The translations under genes were made by a program, and so were the position numbers. 25,623 nt of DNA from a virus. Its lineage: Duplodnaviria > Caudoviricetes. The notes under the pieces were generated by a model that did not search any database, was not told where the DNA came from, and saw nothing but the letters and a program-made list of their open reading frames with translations. Below are positions 1-8,144 of the stretch, in pieces. Positions within the stretch are counted from its first letter, which is position 1, and each line of letters starts with the position of its first letter. The stretch spans positions 1 to 25,623 of the IMG/VR virus record IMGVR_UViG_3300020042_002353; one strand, given 5' to 3'.

Positions 1-1
1 T

Positions 2-688
2 TCAACTTTTGGTGGCTCAAATACATCTTTTATTTTAAGTTCAGTAAATTCAGTGTCTGCAAAAATCAATTTTGCTGGTATTGGCTATTCAGTAGACCAA
101 GGTTCGGCTGGCATTGAAGCTGGCTCAATGTATTTTTCTACATACGGAAGTGGCGCTTTAACAGAACGTATGCGTATCGACTCCAGCGGTAACGTGCTTA
201 TAGGTAAGACAACTTCCATTGCGGGCGGTAGAGTAACTATTAAATCTGCTACTACACAACATTTGGGCGAATGGCAAGTAGGTACAGATGGTTATGGAAA
301 CCTCATGTATAACGCCGCAGGAACAAATGTTGGCGCAATTAATATTGCTTCTGCTTCTACGTCTTATGTCACTACTTCAGACTATCGCCTAAAAGAAGAT
401 GTAATACCTATGATAGGGGCGCTTGCAAAAGTAGCACAACTAAAACCAGTTACATACAAATGGAAAGCAGATGGCTCTAATAGCCAAGGGTTTATTGCTC
501 ACGAACTTCAAGAAATTGTTTCTGAGTGTGTCGTAGGTGAAAAAGATGCTGTTAATGAAGATGGCAGTATTAAACCTCAAGGCATCGACACCAGCTTCTT
601 GGTTGCCACATTGACTGCCGCTATCCAAGAACAACAAGCCTTAATCACAGCCCTGACAGCACGAATCACAGCGTTGGAGAACACATAA
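2..688 (+). CDS. Tail fibre/tailspike C-terminal part with intramolecular chaperone auto-processing (Peptidase S74) domain; 5'-truncated
   Basis: Frame is open from position 2, so the real start lies upstream of the window. Contains ERMRIDSSGNVLIG (fibre repeat), TSDYRLKEDV, LKPVTYKWK, GFIAHELQE and a C-terminal coiled coil (AIQEQQALITALTARITALE). Confidence 0.9.
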   Translation, partial: STFGGSNTSFILSSVNSVSAKINFAGIGYSVDQGSAGIEAGSMYFSTYGSGALTERMRIDSSGNVLIGKTTSIAGGRVTIKSATTQHLGEWQVGTDGYGNLMYNAAGTNVGAINIASASTSYVTTSDYRLKEDVIPMIGALAKVAQLKPVTYKWKADGSNSQGFIAHELQEIVSECVVGEKDAVNEDGSIKPQGIDTSFLVATLTAAIQEQQALITALTARITALENT

Positions 689-1188
689 TGCCAATCAGTA
701 CCATTGGATCAGACGGCTTGGCAAGTAGCGCGGTTGCTCAGGCTAAGTTAGGTACAGGCGTGGCGGGTAATGGGCCAGCGTTTAGTGCCTATTTGGGGTC
801 AAACCAAACACCATCAAATGCAACATACACAAAGGTGCAAATAAATACTGAGTCATTTGACACAGCATCTTGTTTTGACACATCAACTTATCGTTTCACC
901 CCTAATGTTGCTGGCTATTATCAAATACAAGCCGCTTCTAGAATTTCAGGTACAACCCCCTCAACTTATGTCTGGGCAATTTATAAAAACGGAGGCAATG
1001 TTGCTGAATTAAATGTGGCAACAAGCCCTGCTTCATTTGATAACCGAGTTGTTTCATCACTAATTAGCATGAATGGAACGACAGACTATCTTGAATTTTA
1101 TTGCTACATAAATGCGGCTTCTGGACAAACCTTTAATGCTGGAAGTAATGTGACTTGGTTTCAAGGATTTTTAGCGAGAGCCGCATGA
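688..1188 (+). CDS. Tail-associated protein with C1q/TNF-like jelly-roll domain
   Basis: PAFSAYL...FDTASCFDTSTYRFTPNVAGYYQI...IYKNG...DYLEFY...TWFQGFL matches the C1q-like pattern; start overlaps the previous stop (TAATG). Confidence 0.7.
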   Translation: MPISTIGSDGLASSAVAQAKLGTGVAGNGPAFSAYLGSNQTPSNATYTKVQINTESFDTASCFDTSTYRFTPNVAGYYQIQAASRISGTTPSTYVWAIYKNGGNVAELNVATSPASFDNRVVSSLISMNGTTDYLEFYCYINAASGQTFNAGSNVTWFQGFLARAA

Positions 1189-1349
1189 TGACACTATACG
1201 AAAAAATCAAAGCAATCTATCCCGAACTGCAAGACGCAGACTTCTTGGACACCATTCTTTTGCAGAACGACAGCGATGGCAAAGGTGACTACATAGCCAA
1301 GTGGGAACACCCAACACTGGCACGACCAACTGAGGAGCAGTTAGCATGA
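1185..1349 (+). CDS. Small XkdW/YorD-like protein (tail-fibre partner)
   Basis: Start better placed at ATG 1185 or 1188 (ATGATG overlapping the upstream stop) than at 1155. Sequence LQNDSDGKGDYIAKWEHPTLARPTEEQL resembles the XkdW/YorD family. Confidence 0.65.
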   Translation: MMTLYEKIKAIYPELQDADFLDTILLQNDSDGKGDYIAKWEHPTLARPTEEQLA

Positions 1350-2371
1350 CCCTCGCAGTCAACATTGCCCAGATAGGCTCAAACAATACAACCTTCCGCA
1401 ATAGGATCATAAATGGGGCTATGGTGATTGACCAAAGGAATGCGGGGGCTAGTGTTACGCCTGCTTCTTTTACATACACCCTAGATAGATGGGGCGCTGT
1501 TCAAACTACTGCATCAAAATTCTCTGTCCAACAAAATGCGGCGGCTGTAACTCCACCAGCAGGGTTTACTAATTATCTTGGGGTCACTTCTTTGTCAGCC
1601 TATTCAGTTGGGGCTGGTGATACCTTTAATATCTATCAAAGTGTTGAAGGGTTTAATTGCGCTGATTTTGCATGGGGAACAGCAAGCGCCCAATCAGTCA
1701 CACTATCATTTTGGGTTCGTAGTTCACTAACAGGCACATTTGGTGGTGCTATTAAAGATGGAAGTAGTAGTAAGTCATATCCTTTTACCTACACAATCTC
1801 AACTGCAAATACTTGGGAATACAAAACAATAACTATTGTTGGGCCAACTTCTGGACAATTTTCATATACATCAACAACAAACGGAATTGGGTTGCAAGTA
1901 ATGTTTGGTCTTGGTGCTGGTGCTACCTATTCTGGAACTGCTGGTGCATGGAATAGCACAAACTCTTATACAGCCACAGGCGCAACCAGCGTAGTCGGCA
2001 CAAACGGCGCTACTTTCTACATCACAGGTGTCCAGCTTGAAGCAGGGTCTACTGCGTCACCTTTTGAATACCGTTCATACGGGACTGAGTTGGCGCTTTG
2101 TCAGCGGTATTGTTTTAGAGCTACTTCATATGATTTAGGTAGGGCGCAAGATGCTACTTATACATTTGGTGGAATTAGATTTCCAGTTACTATGAGAGCC
2201 TCTGCGTCTTATACGGCAAGTTCAGGAACATATACAGTTAATGCAGGTAATGCTGGTACTACTGCTGTTGTTTTTGCTTCTACTGATACGATGGTTTTGT
2301 ACAACCTTGTATCAAACTGGACAGCTACTGCATTTGTTCAAGTTTCAGCAACATTTACAGCGGAGTTATAA
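1346..2371 (+). CDS. Putative tail fibre/receptor-binding protein with carbohydrate-binding-like beta-sandwich
   Basis: FRNRIINGAMVIDQRN...TLDRW...VTLSFWVRSS...ITGVQLEAGSTASPFEYRSYGTELALCQRY; Ser/Thr/Gly-rich; ATGA overlap with the previous gene. Confidence 0.7.
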   Translation: MTLAVNIAQIGSNNTTFRNRIINGAMVIDQRNAGASVTPASFTYTLDRWGAVQTTASKFSVQQNAAAVTPPAGFTNYLGVTSLSAYSVGAGDTFNIYQSVEGFNCADFAWGTASAQSVTLSFWVRSSLTGTFGGAIKDGSSSKSYPFTYTISTANTWEYKTITIVGPTSGQFSYTSTTNGIGLQVMFGLGAGATYSGTAGAWNSTNSYTATGATSVVGTNGATFYITGVQLEAGSTASPFEYRSYGTELALCQRYCFRATSYDLGRAQDATYTFGGIRFPVTMRASASYTASSGTYTVNAGNAGTTAVVFASTDTMVLYNLVSNWTATAFVQVSATFTAEL

Positions 2372-2539
2372 ATGTATAAATTAAATACACCACCAGGATT
2401 TAATAATCCAACTTGCGTAGTTCGCTTGTCAGACGTTACTTACATCCCATTTGACCCCGATAACACCGACTACCAGCAATACTTAAAATGGTTGGAAGAG
2501 GGCAACACACCATTGCCAGCAGATGAGACACCATCATGA
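2372..2539 (+). CDS. Small tail-fibre-associated protein, 55 aa (missing from the ORF track)
   Basis: Manually translated: [55 protein letters not shown]. It fills the gap exactly: ATG directly after the upstream TAA, and its TGA overlaps the next ATG. Confidence 0.85.
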   Translation: MYKLNTPPGFNNPTCVVRLSDVTYIPFDPDNTDYQQYLKWLEEGNTPLPADETPS

Positions 2540-2745
2540 CTGAAGATACAATATCATTAACAGAAGCTAAACTAATGTCTCATGAACAAGTATGTGCAGA
2601 ACGTTATGCAGCTATCTCAACTAGTCTCCAAGCAGCAGGAACAAGGATGACTAAGATAGAATATCTCTTATATGGAGTTATGCTATGTGTATTACTTGGT
2701 CCAGGTACTGCAGCAGAGTTTGTTAAACGTTTAATAGGAGCATGA
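2536..2745 (+). CDS. Small membrane protein (coiled coil plus C-terminal TM), holin/antiholin candidate
   Basis: HEQVCAERY...[17 protein letters not shown]; one hydrophobic segment; first gene of the lysis region. Confidence 0.6.
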   Translation: MTEDTISLTEAKLMSHEQVCAERYAAISTSLQAAGTRMTKIEYLLYGVMLCVLLGPGTAAEFVKRLIGA

Positions 2746-2746
2746 A

Positions 2747-3433
2747 ATTGATCCTATTAGCATCTGCCTTCTTGCAGCTGGCTTGGTCAAAAACATCCAA
2801 GCTGGTTGCGAGCTTTACAAACAAGCTAAAGAATCTTTTGTTGAGATCAAAAGAACTGCTGATGAAGTTGTTGCTATTGGCAAAGAGGTGCATGGTTTTT
2901 GGAATCAGTTACTTGGGTTCTTTAATAGCAAACCTAAAATTCAAGTTGCAAAACCTACTGCTAAAACTAAAAAATCTGATTATGTTGCTGTTGACGAAAC
3001 TCAAGTTAAAATTGACATTGTTAAAAACCTCACAGAATTCTTTAAGCTCCAAGAACAACTAGCAGCACATATCAGGGAAGAAGAAGAAAAGTCAAAGAAC
3101 GTATATGACCCTGACCAGAACTTAATGGAGTCAGCACTTAACCGAGTGATGGCACAACAAGAAATGGATAGTTTAGTTATTCAAATCAGAGAATGCATGG
3201 TATACCAAAGCCCACCAGAAATGGGGGCGCTGTATTCTGAAGTGTTCAGCATGAAAGATAAGATTGAAGAAGAGCAAACCCAAGCAAGGCTAAAAGAAGA
3301 AGCCAAAAAGAGGCAAGAGCTATGGCAACAAAGGCAGTTAGAAAAACAAACAAAAATAACAATAGCATGGGTACTAGCAGTGATATCCCTAGCTGGATAC
3401 CTCCACCTGTGGTTCCTGTATCTAACCCTTTAG
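2747..3433 (+). CDS. Coiled-coil protein with C-terminal TM; probable ATT start
   Basis: The ORF-track start is TTG 2783, but the frame extends to ATT 2747 giving (M)DPISICLLAAGLVKNIQ, with AGGAG at 2736-2740. C-terminal TM: ITIAWVLAVISLAGYLHLWFLYL. Confidence 0.7.
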   Translation: MDPISICLLAAGLVKNIQAGCELYKQAKESFVEIKRTADEVVAIGKEVHGFWNQLLGFFNSKPKIQVAKPTAKTKKSDYVAVDETQVKIDIVKNLTEFFKLQEQLAAHIREEEEKSKNVYDPDQNLMESALNRVMAQQEMDSLVIQIRECMVYQSPPEMGALYSEVFSMKDKIEEEQTQARLKEEAKKRQELWQQRQLEKQTKITIAWVLAVISLAGYLHLWFLYLTL

Positions 3434-3444
3434 AGGAGTCTCCA

Positions 3445-3621
3445 ATGTGGTATCTAGGATGGGTTGCTGCTACTGTATTAGTTGCTATATTATTGCCTAT
3501 AAATGCTATATTATTTTCTAGAGCATACGAAACAGAACTTAGAGCTAAAGCAATATTGCAAAAGACAGAACAGATACAAAAACAAATAGAACGTAAACAA
3601 TCAAAATCAAAGGATGACTAA
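3445..3621 (+). CDS. Small membrane protein, 58 aa (N-terminal TM, basic coiled-coil tail)
   Basis: Start reassigned to ATG 3445, preceded by GAGGAG at 3433-3438; MWYLGWVAATVLVAILLPINAILFS is hydrophobic. Confidence 0.7.
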   Translation: MWYLGWVAATVLVAILLPINAILFSRAYETELRAKAILQKTEQIQKQIERKQSKSKDD

Positions 3622-3944
3622 TGAAACAATTAGAAAAAGACTCAGTATATAACCAATTTGATAATAACAAAGATGGTATTGTAAGTGACGATGAATTAGC
3701 TCGTTCTGAACGAATGATGATGATTGAAAACATGGATAAGATGGCTGATCAACAGCGTATTATGGCATGGTTTGCTTTAGGTTTACCTGTATTACTTACT
3801 CTTCTTTTTGGTTCTAGTTTATTTATGTTAGATAAAGTATCTGCATTAACAGGTTTATTAACTACTTATTGTGCTGGTATGACTACTATTGTTATTGCTT
3901 TTATGGCGGCTCAAGCATATACCAGAGGAAAGATGCACGAATAA
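3621..3944 (+). CDS. Holin candidate with N-terminal EF-hand loop and two TM helices
   Basis: DNNKDGIVSDDE is a 12-residue EF-hand loop (D1,N3,D5,G6,S9,E12). TMs: IMAWFALGLPVLLTLLFGSSLF and ALTGLLTTYCAGMTTIVIAFMAAQAY. Lies immediately upstream of the spanins. Confidence 0.6.
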   Translation: MKQLEKDSVYNQFDNNKDGIVSDDELARSERMMMIENMDKMADQQRIMAWFALGLPVLLTLLFGSSLFMLDKVSALTGLLTTYCAGMTTIVIAFMAAQAYTRGKMHE

Positions 3945-4420
3945 TGAAAACAATATTAGCATGTATTATAGCTATTTTAGTAGCCCTTGGAGTAGGGTAC
4001 TGGAAAGGTAGCTATGATGCAGGAGTAAAAACAGCATTGCAAGTATCTGCTGCAAATGATGTTGCCAGAGAAAAAGAAAAACAGATAGGTGAAGTAGCAG
4101 CAACATATGCTACTGTATTAAGAAAGAAAAATAAAGATGCTGAAAAGAAAATTACTGATCTTCGTATTGCCGTTGCTAATGGTGAACGCAAGTTGTTCAT
4201 TCCTGCCAAAGCCTCCGACTGTAGTGTATCAACCACCTCAGATGCCTCCACTTCCAGTGGAAGTAACTCAGGAGAAACACGAGCCGAACTTGACGGACAG
4301 GTTGCTCAAGATCTTATCTCAATAGTTGCTGAAGGTGACAATGCTATTCGTAAATTAAATGTTTGTATTAGTCAATATAATGAAATTAAGGATAAATTAA
4401 ATGACCCAATTAAGCGCTAA
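3944..4420 (+). CDS. Rz: Inner-membrane spanin (Rz-like)
   Basis: Start reassigned to ATG 3944 (TAATG overlap). N-terminal TM MKTILACIIAILVALGVGYWKG, coiled coil, LRIAVANGERKLFIP...C...RAELD...LNVCISQY; contains an embedded +1-frame lipoprotein ORF. Confidence 0.85.
   Translation: MKTILACIIAILVALGVGYWKGSYDAGVKTALQVSAANDVAREKEKQIGEVAATYATVLRKKNKDAEKKITDLRIAVANGERKLFIPAKASDCSVSTTSDASTSSGSNSGETRAELDGQVAQDLISIVAEGDNAIRKLNVCISQYNEIKDKLNDPIKR
4137..4325 (+). CDS. Rz1: Outer-membrane spanin lipoprotein (Rz1-like), fully embedded in Rz
   Basis: +1 frame within Rz; basic N-terminus, hydrophobic core, lipobox-like NAS-C, Pro-rich mature part (PKPPTVVYQPPQMPPLP). Confidence 0.8.
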   Translation: MLKRKLLIFVLPLLMVNASCSFLPKPPTVVYQPPQMPPLPVEVTQEKHEPNLTDRLLKILSQ

Positions 4421-4865
4421 CTTTTCTTTAAAAGAATTATCTAGATCAGATACAGCTACCAGATTAGGATTAGATAACACACCTGACTCTACAGCTACTG
4501 CTAACTTAAAAACATTATGCGAAAAAGTATTACAACCTGTAAGAGATCATTATGGTAAAGTAACTGTTAATAGTGCTTATCGTTCACCTGAATCTAATGC
4601 TGCTGTTGGCGGGTCAAAGACATCAGATCATTGTAAAGGTATGGCAGCTGATATTGAAGTATCAGGTGTGGCTAATGGTGACTTAGCTCAGTATGTTAAA
4701 GATAATTTTAAATTTACACAATTAATTCTTGAATTCTATACCCAAGGAATTCCTGACTCAGGATGGGTACACGTATCGTATGACCCTAATAACCTTAAAT
4801 GTGAATGTTTAACTGCTACAAAACAAAATGGTAAGACAGTCTACCTTAAGGGTTTACAGCCGTAG
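4401..4865 (+). CDS. Endolysin, peptidase M15A family zinc peptidase
   Basis: LSANFSLKEL...SAYRSPESNAAVGGSKTSDHCKGMAADI...WVHVSY, with H, D and H zinc ligands. Confidence 0.9.
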   Translation: MTQLSANFSLKELSRSDTATRLGLDNTPDSTATANLKTLCEKVLQPVRDHYGKVTVNSAYRSPESNAAVGGSKTSDHCKGMAADIEVSGVANGDLAQYVKDNFKFTQLILEFYTQGIPDSGWVHVSYDPNNLKCECLTATKQNGKTVYLKGLQP

Positions 4866-4882
4866 ACGACCCCTAATAGGAA
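4864..4882 (+). promoter_or_regulatory. Putative phage-RNAP promoter, copy 1 (AGACGACCCCTAATAGGAA)
   Basis: Lies at the endolysin/tail gene boundary, oriented toward the tail/ejection operon; matches two other copies at 22042-22060 and 24213-24231. Confidence 0.65.
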
Positions 4883-4906
4883 GTACTCCATAATAAAGGA
4901 CAATAC

Positions 4907-6445
4907 ATGGCAACTACGATAGAACAATTTGGCAGAGGCGGTTGGAACTCTGATATGCCACCATTGATCTTACCACAGAATACATTTACAGATGTGTTAA
5001 ATGTAAGGTTTGATGATGAGGCAATACAAGCAACTACGGGAGAAGCATTATACAAGACAGTATCTATTGCCCCTGATTATGGAATACATTGGAGAAGACC
5101 AGACCAAGGATATAATATCTTTGCTAAGAATGGTAATATTGTAAGAGTAGATGCTAGCGGTGCTCAATCATCTATGCTATTAAGTAGCGATCCAGTATAT
5201 GATAATAGTGATTGGCAAGGCACTTTGTTTAATGGTGGATTTGCTATTATTATTAACAATGGTACATCTACCCCATTATATTGTTTATATGGGAGTGCTA
5301 CTGCAGGTTCTTCATTTCAACCTTTACCTAACTGGAATTATGTTGCTGGATTAACAGTAACAGCTAAAGTTGTAAGATCATTTAATTATTCTCTTGTAGC
5401 TGCTAATTTAACATTAGATCAAAGTGGAACAGTTACTTATGCACCTAGCACTATTAGAGTATCTGTTCAAGCAGCTACTGGTTCTATACCTTCTGTATGG
5501 CAACCAGGCTTAACAACTGATACTGCTGATGAATTTGATTTAAGTTCTACCTCACCTATCTTAGATATGCAAGAGCTTAGAGGTAGTATGTTTATATATT
5601 CTTCAGATAGTATTAATATCTTAACCATAGGAGCTACAACAAGAGTAGTACCCTATAGTAAGTCTTATGGTATTCTTAATACAGACTGTGTTATTGAAGT
5701 TGATGGTAAACACTTTGTTGTTGATCGTAATGATATATACACACATAATGGTTCAGGAGCTATTGAGTCTATTGCTGACTTTAGAATTAAAAAATATTTC
5801 TTTAGAAATCTTAATAAGAATGCTACTAATAAAGTACACATAATTAAAAATCCATTTTATAAAGAGATATGGATTAATTTTCCTAAAGGAACATCTACTG
5901 TTTGTGATGAAGCTATTATTTATAATTATAAAAACAATACATGGACTAAAAGAAAATTACCTTCAGCTACTTATTTATTTAATGGTCCACCAAATATAGA
6001 TAATACATTTCAATATGGTAAAGAAGTATTATACATATGTACTAATTCTACACAGACACTTGTAACAGATGATAATTATTTAATGTGGACAGGATCTGCA
6101 TTAGCTCACTTTGAATCTTATATTGAAAAGAAAAAGTTAAATACAGGTGATGTATCAGGCAGTAGTATAGTAACTTCTATATACCCTATCTTTGATAAAG
6201 TACCTATTGATGCTGATATTACTATTAGGGTATCAGGTCAAAACAATTATAATGAAGATATTGATTTATCTACAAATGAACCTAACATAACTACTTTAAT
6301 GTTTCTTCCTAATGAACTAAGATCACAAGGTTATAAAGTTGATCCAAGAGTTTATGGTCGTGTTTTAAATTATAGAATAACTTCTTCAGATTACTGGAGA
6401 CTAGCTACCATAGCTGTAGATGCTAAACCTCTAGACAGGAGATAA
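4907..6445 (+). CDS. Putative tail nozzle/stabilisation protein (tail tubular protein B or P22 gp10-like beta-propeller)
   Basis: 512 aa, beta-rich with propeller-like repeats; GGWNSDMPPLILP...NVRF N-terminus; YKEIWINFP...IIYNYKNNTWT; located upstream of ejection genes; RBS AAGGA. Confidence 0.55.
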   Translation: MATTIEQFGRGGWNSDMPPLILPQNTFTDVLNVRFDDEAIQATTGEALYKTVSIAPDYGIHWRRPDQGYNIFAKNGNIVRVDASGAQSSMLLSSDPVYDNSDWQGTLFNGGFAIIINNGTSTPLYCLYGSATAGSSFQPLPNWNYVAGLTVTAKVVRSFNYSLVAANLTLDQSGTVTYAPSTIRVSVQAATGSIPSVWQPGLTTDTADEFDLSSTSPILDMQELRGSMFIYSSDSINILTIGATTRVVPYSKSYGILNTDCVIEVDGKHFVVDRNDIYTHNGSGAIESIADFRIKKYFFRNLNKNATNKVHIIKNPFYKEIWINFPKGTSTVCDEAIIYNYKNNTWTKRKLPSATYLFNGPPNIDNTFQYGKEVLYICTNSTQTLVTDDNYLMWTGSALAHFESYIEKKKLNTGDVSGSSIVTSIYPIFDKVPIDADITIRVSGQNNYNEDIDLSTNEPNITTLMFLPNELRSQGYKVDPRVYGRVLNYRITSSDYWRLATIAVDAKPLDRR

Positions 6446-6448
6446 CAT

Positions 6449-7708
6449 ATGATGTTTCCACCACCTATTACTGGTATATCTGAATTAGATGCTTATTTGT
6501 CTCAGATGTATATGGAAGGAACAGTATCTAACACCGATAACGTTGTTATTAATCCAGCTAATGGGCAAGTATATAATCCAACTACAGGTATTGTTGTATC
6601 TTATTTATATGAGTATATACATATTAAATATGCTGATAATAACGTAGGTGCTGGTTTATCTAATTCACCAACAAACAAAGATTATGTTGGTTTATTTAAT
6701 AGTGACTCTGCTACTGAATCAACTAATCCAGCAGACTATACTTGGTATATTGTAAGTGGTGGATTTGGTACAACTAAATTCTTATGGTATATTGTTAATG
6801 GTGGTAGACAATTTAACTACATTGTTAGCACAACATTACCTAATGCTCTTTACATACAAGATACAGGAGCAGTAGTTGATTTAGATTTAGTGTCTAGTTC
6901 TAATGGTTCTTCTGCTAGAGTTTCTTATGCTACTGCTACTATTGGTTCTTTAAGCACTTCACCATCATTTGTTAATGTAACAGGTTCTTCTAGTTATCCT
7001 CCTACAAATACGTGGGGTGGTGGTGAAGTATGGGGAGGTACTCCCTCAGTATTATCTATTGGTCAGGCGCTGTATAGATCTGATGGTATATATAGCCCAA
7101 CAACAGATATTACTACATGGTATGTACCTTATCAAGCTGCATTAAGTGTTGGTTCATTAGACGTTGTAAGCCCTGTTATGGGAGATATATATAATGGTAA
7201 TGTAGTTAGATCTACAACAACTATTGCATCAGGTTCAGGAGTATCATTTGAAGATACTGGTTCATTTGCTTTAGGTGACTCAACAAAAAGTATAGTGTTT
7301 GATGGATCTGTTTTAACATTAAACGGGAATTTAGTTAATACAAATAATTTAGTAGCTAACTCGGTAACAACTGCTGCAACTAACACTAATGCTTCTAATA
7401 GTGCTACTGTTACTTTATCTTTAACTGCAGGTGATACTATTTATGTTAATGCAAACTGTGATACAGAATATCCAACAAGCACAGCTAGCACTACAAGAAC
7501 ATTTAGTATCTTTATTACTGGTGCAGCTACAGCTACTTTAAGTACAACTACTTCAGTAGTGTCACAAATAGTAACAACAAACTATTTTACTTCTTCATCT
7601 ACAAGTGGTATATATGTAGCACCATCTACAGGCTCCTATACTTTTACAGCTACATACAGTGCTGGTGGTGGTGGAACCTCAATACAGGCTATTGTTTTAA
7701 AGAGATAA
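6449..7708 (+). CDS. Putative tail/tail-spike structural protein
   Basis: Ser/Thr/Gly-rich beta protein containing YIHIKYADN...YVGLFNSDSATESTNPADYTW; RBS AGGAG. Confidence 0.5.
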   Translation: MMFPPPITGISELDAYLSQMYMEGTVSNTDNVVINPANGQVYNPTTGIVVSYLYEYIHIKYADNNVGAGLSNSPTNKDYVGLFNSDSATESTNPADYTWYIVSGGFGTTKFLWYIVNGGRQFNYIVSTTLPNALYIQDTGAVVDLDLVSSSNGSSARVSYATATIGSLSTSPSFVNVTGSSSYPPTNTWGGGEVWGGTPSVLSIGQALYRSDGIYSPTTDITTWYVPYQAALSVGSLDVVSPVMGDIYNGNVVRSTTTIASGSGVSFEDTGSFALGDSTKSIVFDGSVLTLNGNLVNTNNLVANSVTTAATNTNASNSATVTLSLTAGDTIYVNANCDTEYPTSTASTTRTFSIFITGAATATLSTTTSVVSQIVTTNYFTSSSTSGIYVAPSTGSYTFTATYSAGGGGTSIQAIVLKR

Positions 7709-7709
7709 C

Positions 7710-8144
7710 ATGAATATTAATATACTTCCACCAGAACAAGTTTTAACATACTGGCCTACTATTTGCCCATTCTTAGAGGAAGCATTAAGCTATGGACAAA
7801 ATGAATCATCTCTAGTAGACTATATAAAAAAAATTATTAATGAAACAGCGCAATGCTGGGTAGTTACTGATGAAAATAAATTTATTATTGGTGCTGGATT
7901 AACACAATTAATTCATTATGCACAATATAAAACACTTCATATTGTAGCTTTTTCAGGTAGTAATTTTGAAGAACAATCTAAAGTGTTTCCTACTGTGGAA
8001 AACTTTGCACGACAAATGGGATGTAAAGCTATTGAACAATGGGGAAGACCAGGATGGGCAAAACAATTACCCAAATATGTTCCTGGCTTTAAACAAGCAT
8101 ACGTAGTTATGAAAAAAGATTTAGAAGGAACATATAATGAGTAA
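7710..8144 (+). CDS. GNAT-like protein preceding the ejection genes (T7 gp13-like position)
   Basis: QCWVV...IIGAGLTQ...LHIVAFSG...VENFARQMGCKAIEQWGRPGWAK follows a GNAT-like beta/alpha pattern; context supports it. Confidence 0.5.
   Translation: MNINILPPEQVLTYWPTICPFLEEALSYGQNESSLVDYIKKIINETAQCWVVTDENKFIIGAGLTQLIHYAQYKTLHIVAFSGSNFEEQSKVFPTVENFARQMGCKAIEQWGRPGWAKQLPKYVPGFKQAYVVMKKDLEGTYNE

Noticed and set aside
899-907. CCCCTAATG partial promoter match
   Set aside because: Intragenic (codons for TPNV), mismatched, and without the upstream consensus.
2742-3062. 106-aa Leu/Lys-rich ORF overlapping the 2747-3433 gene
   Set aside because: Composition is typical of an off-frame reading of AT-rich coding DNA, and its ATG is only 1 nt from the SD. 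Not fully excluded, since it has an ATGA overlap and an in-frame TTG at 2748.
3322-3444. Longer starts given by the ORF track (3322; likewise 1155, 3869, 9338, 21259)
   Set aside because: They overlap upstream genes; downstream ATGs have SD sequences, stop-start coupling or directly follow the upstream stop.
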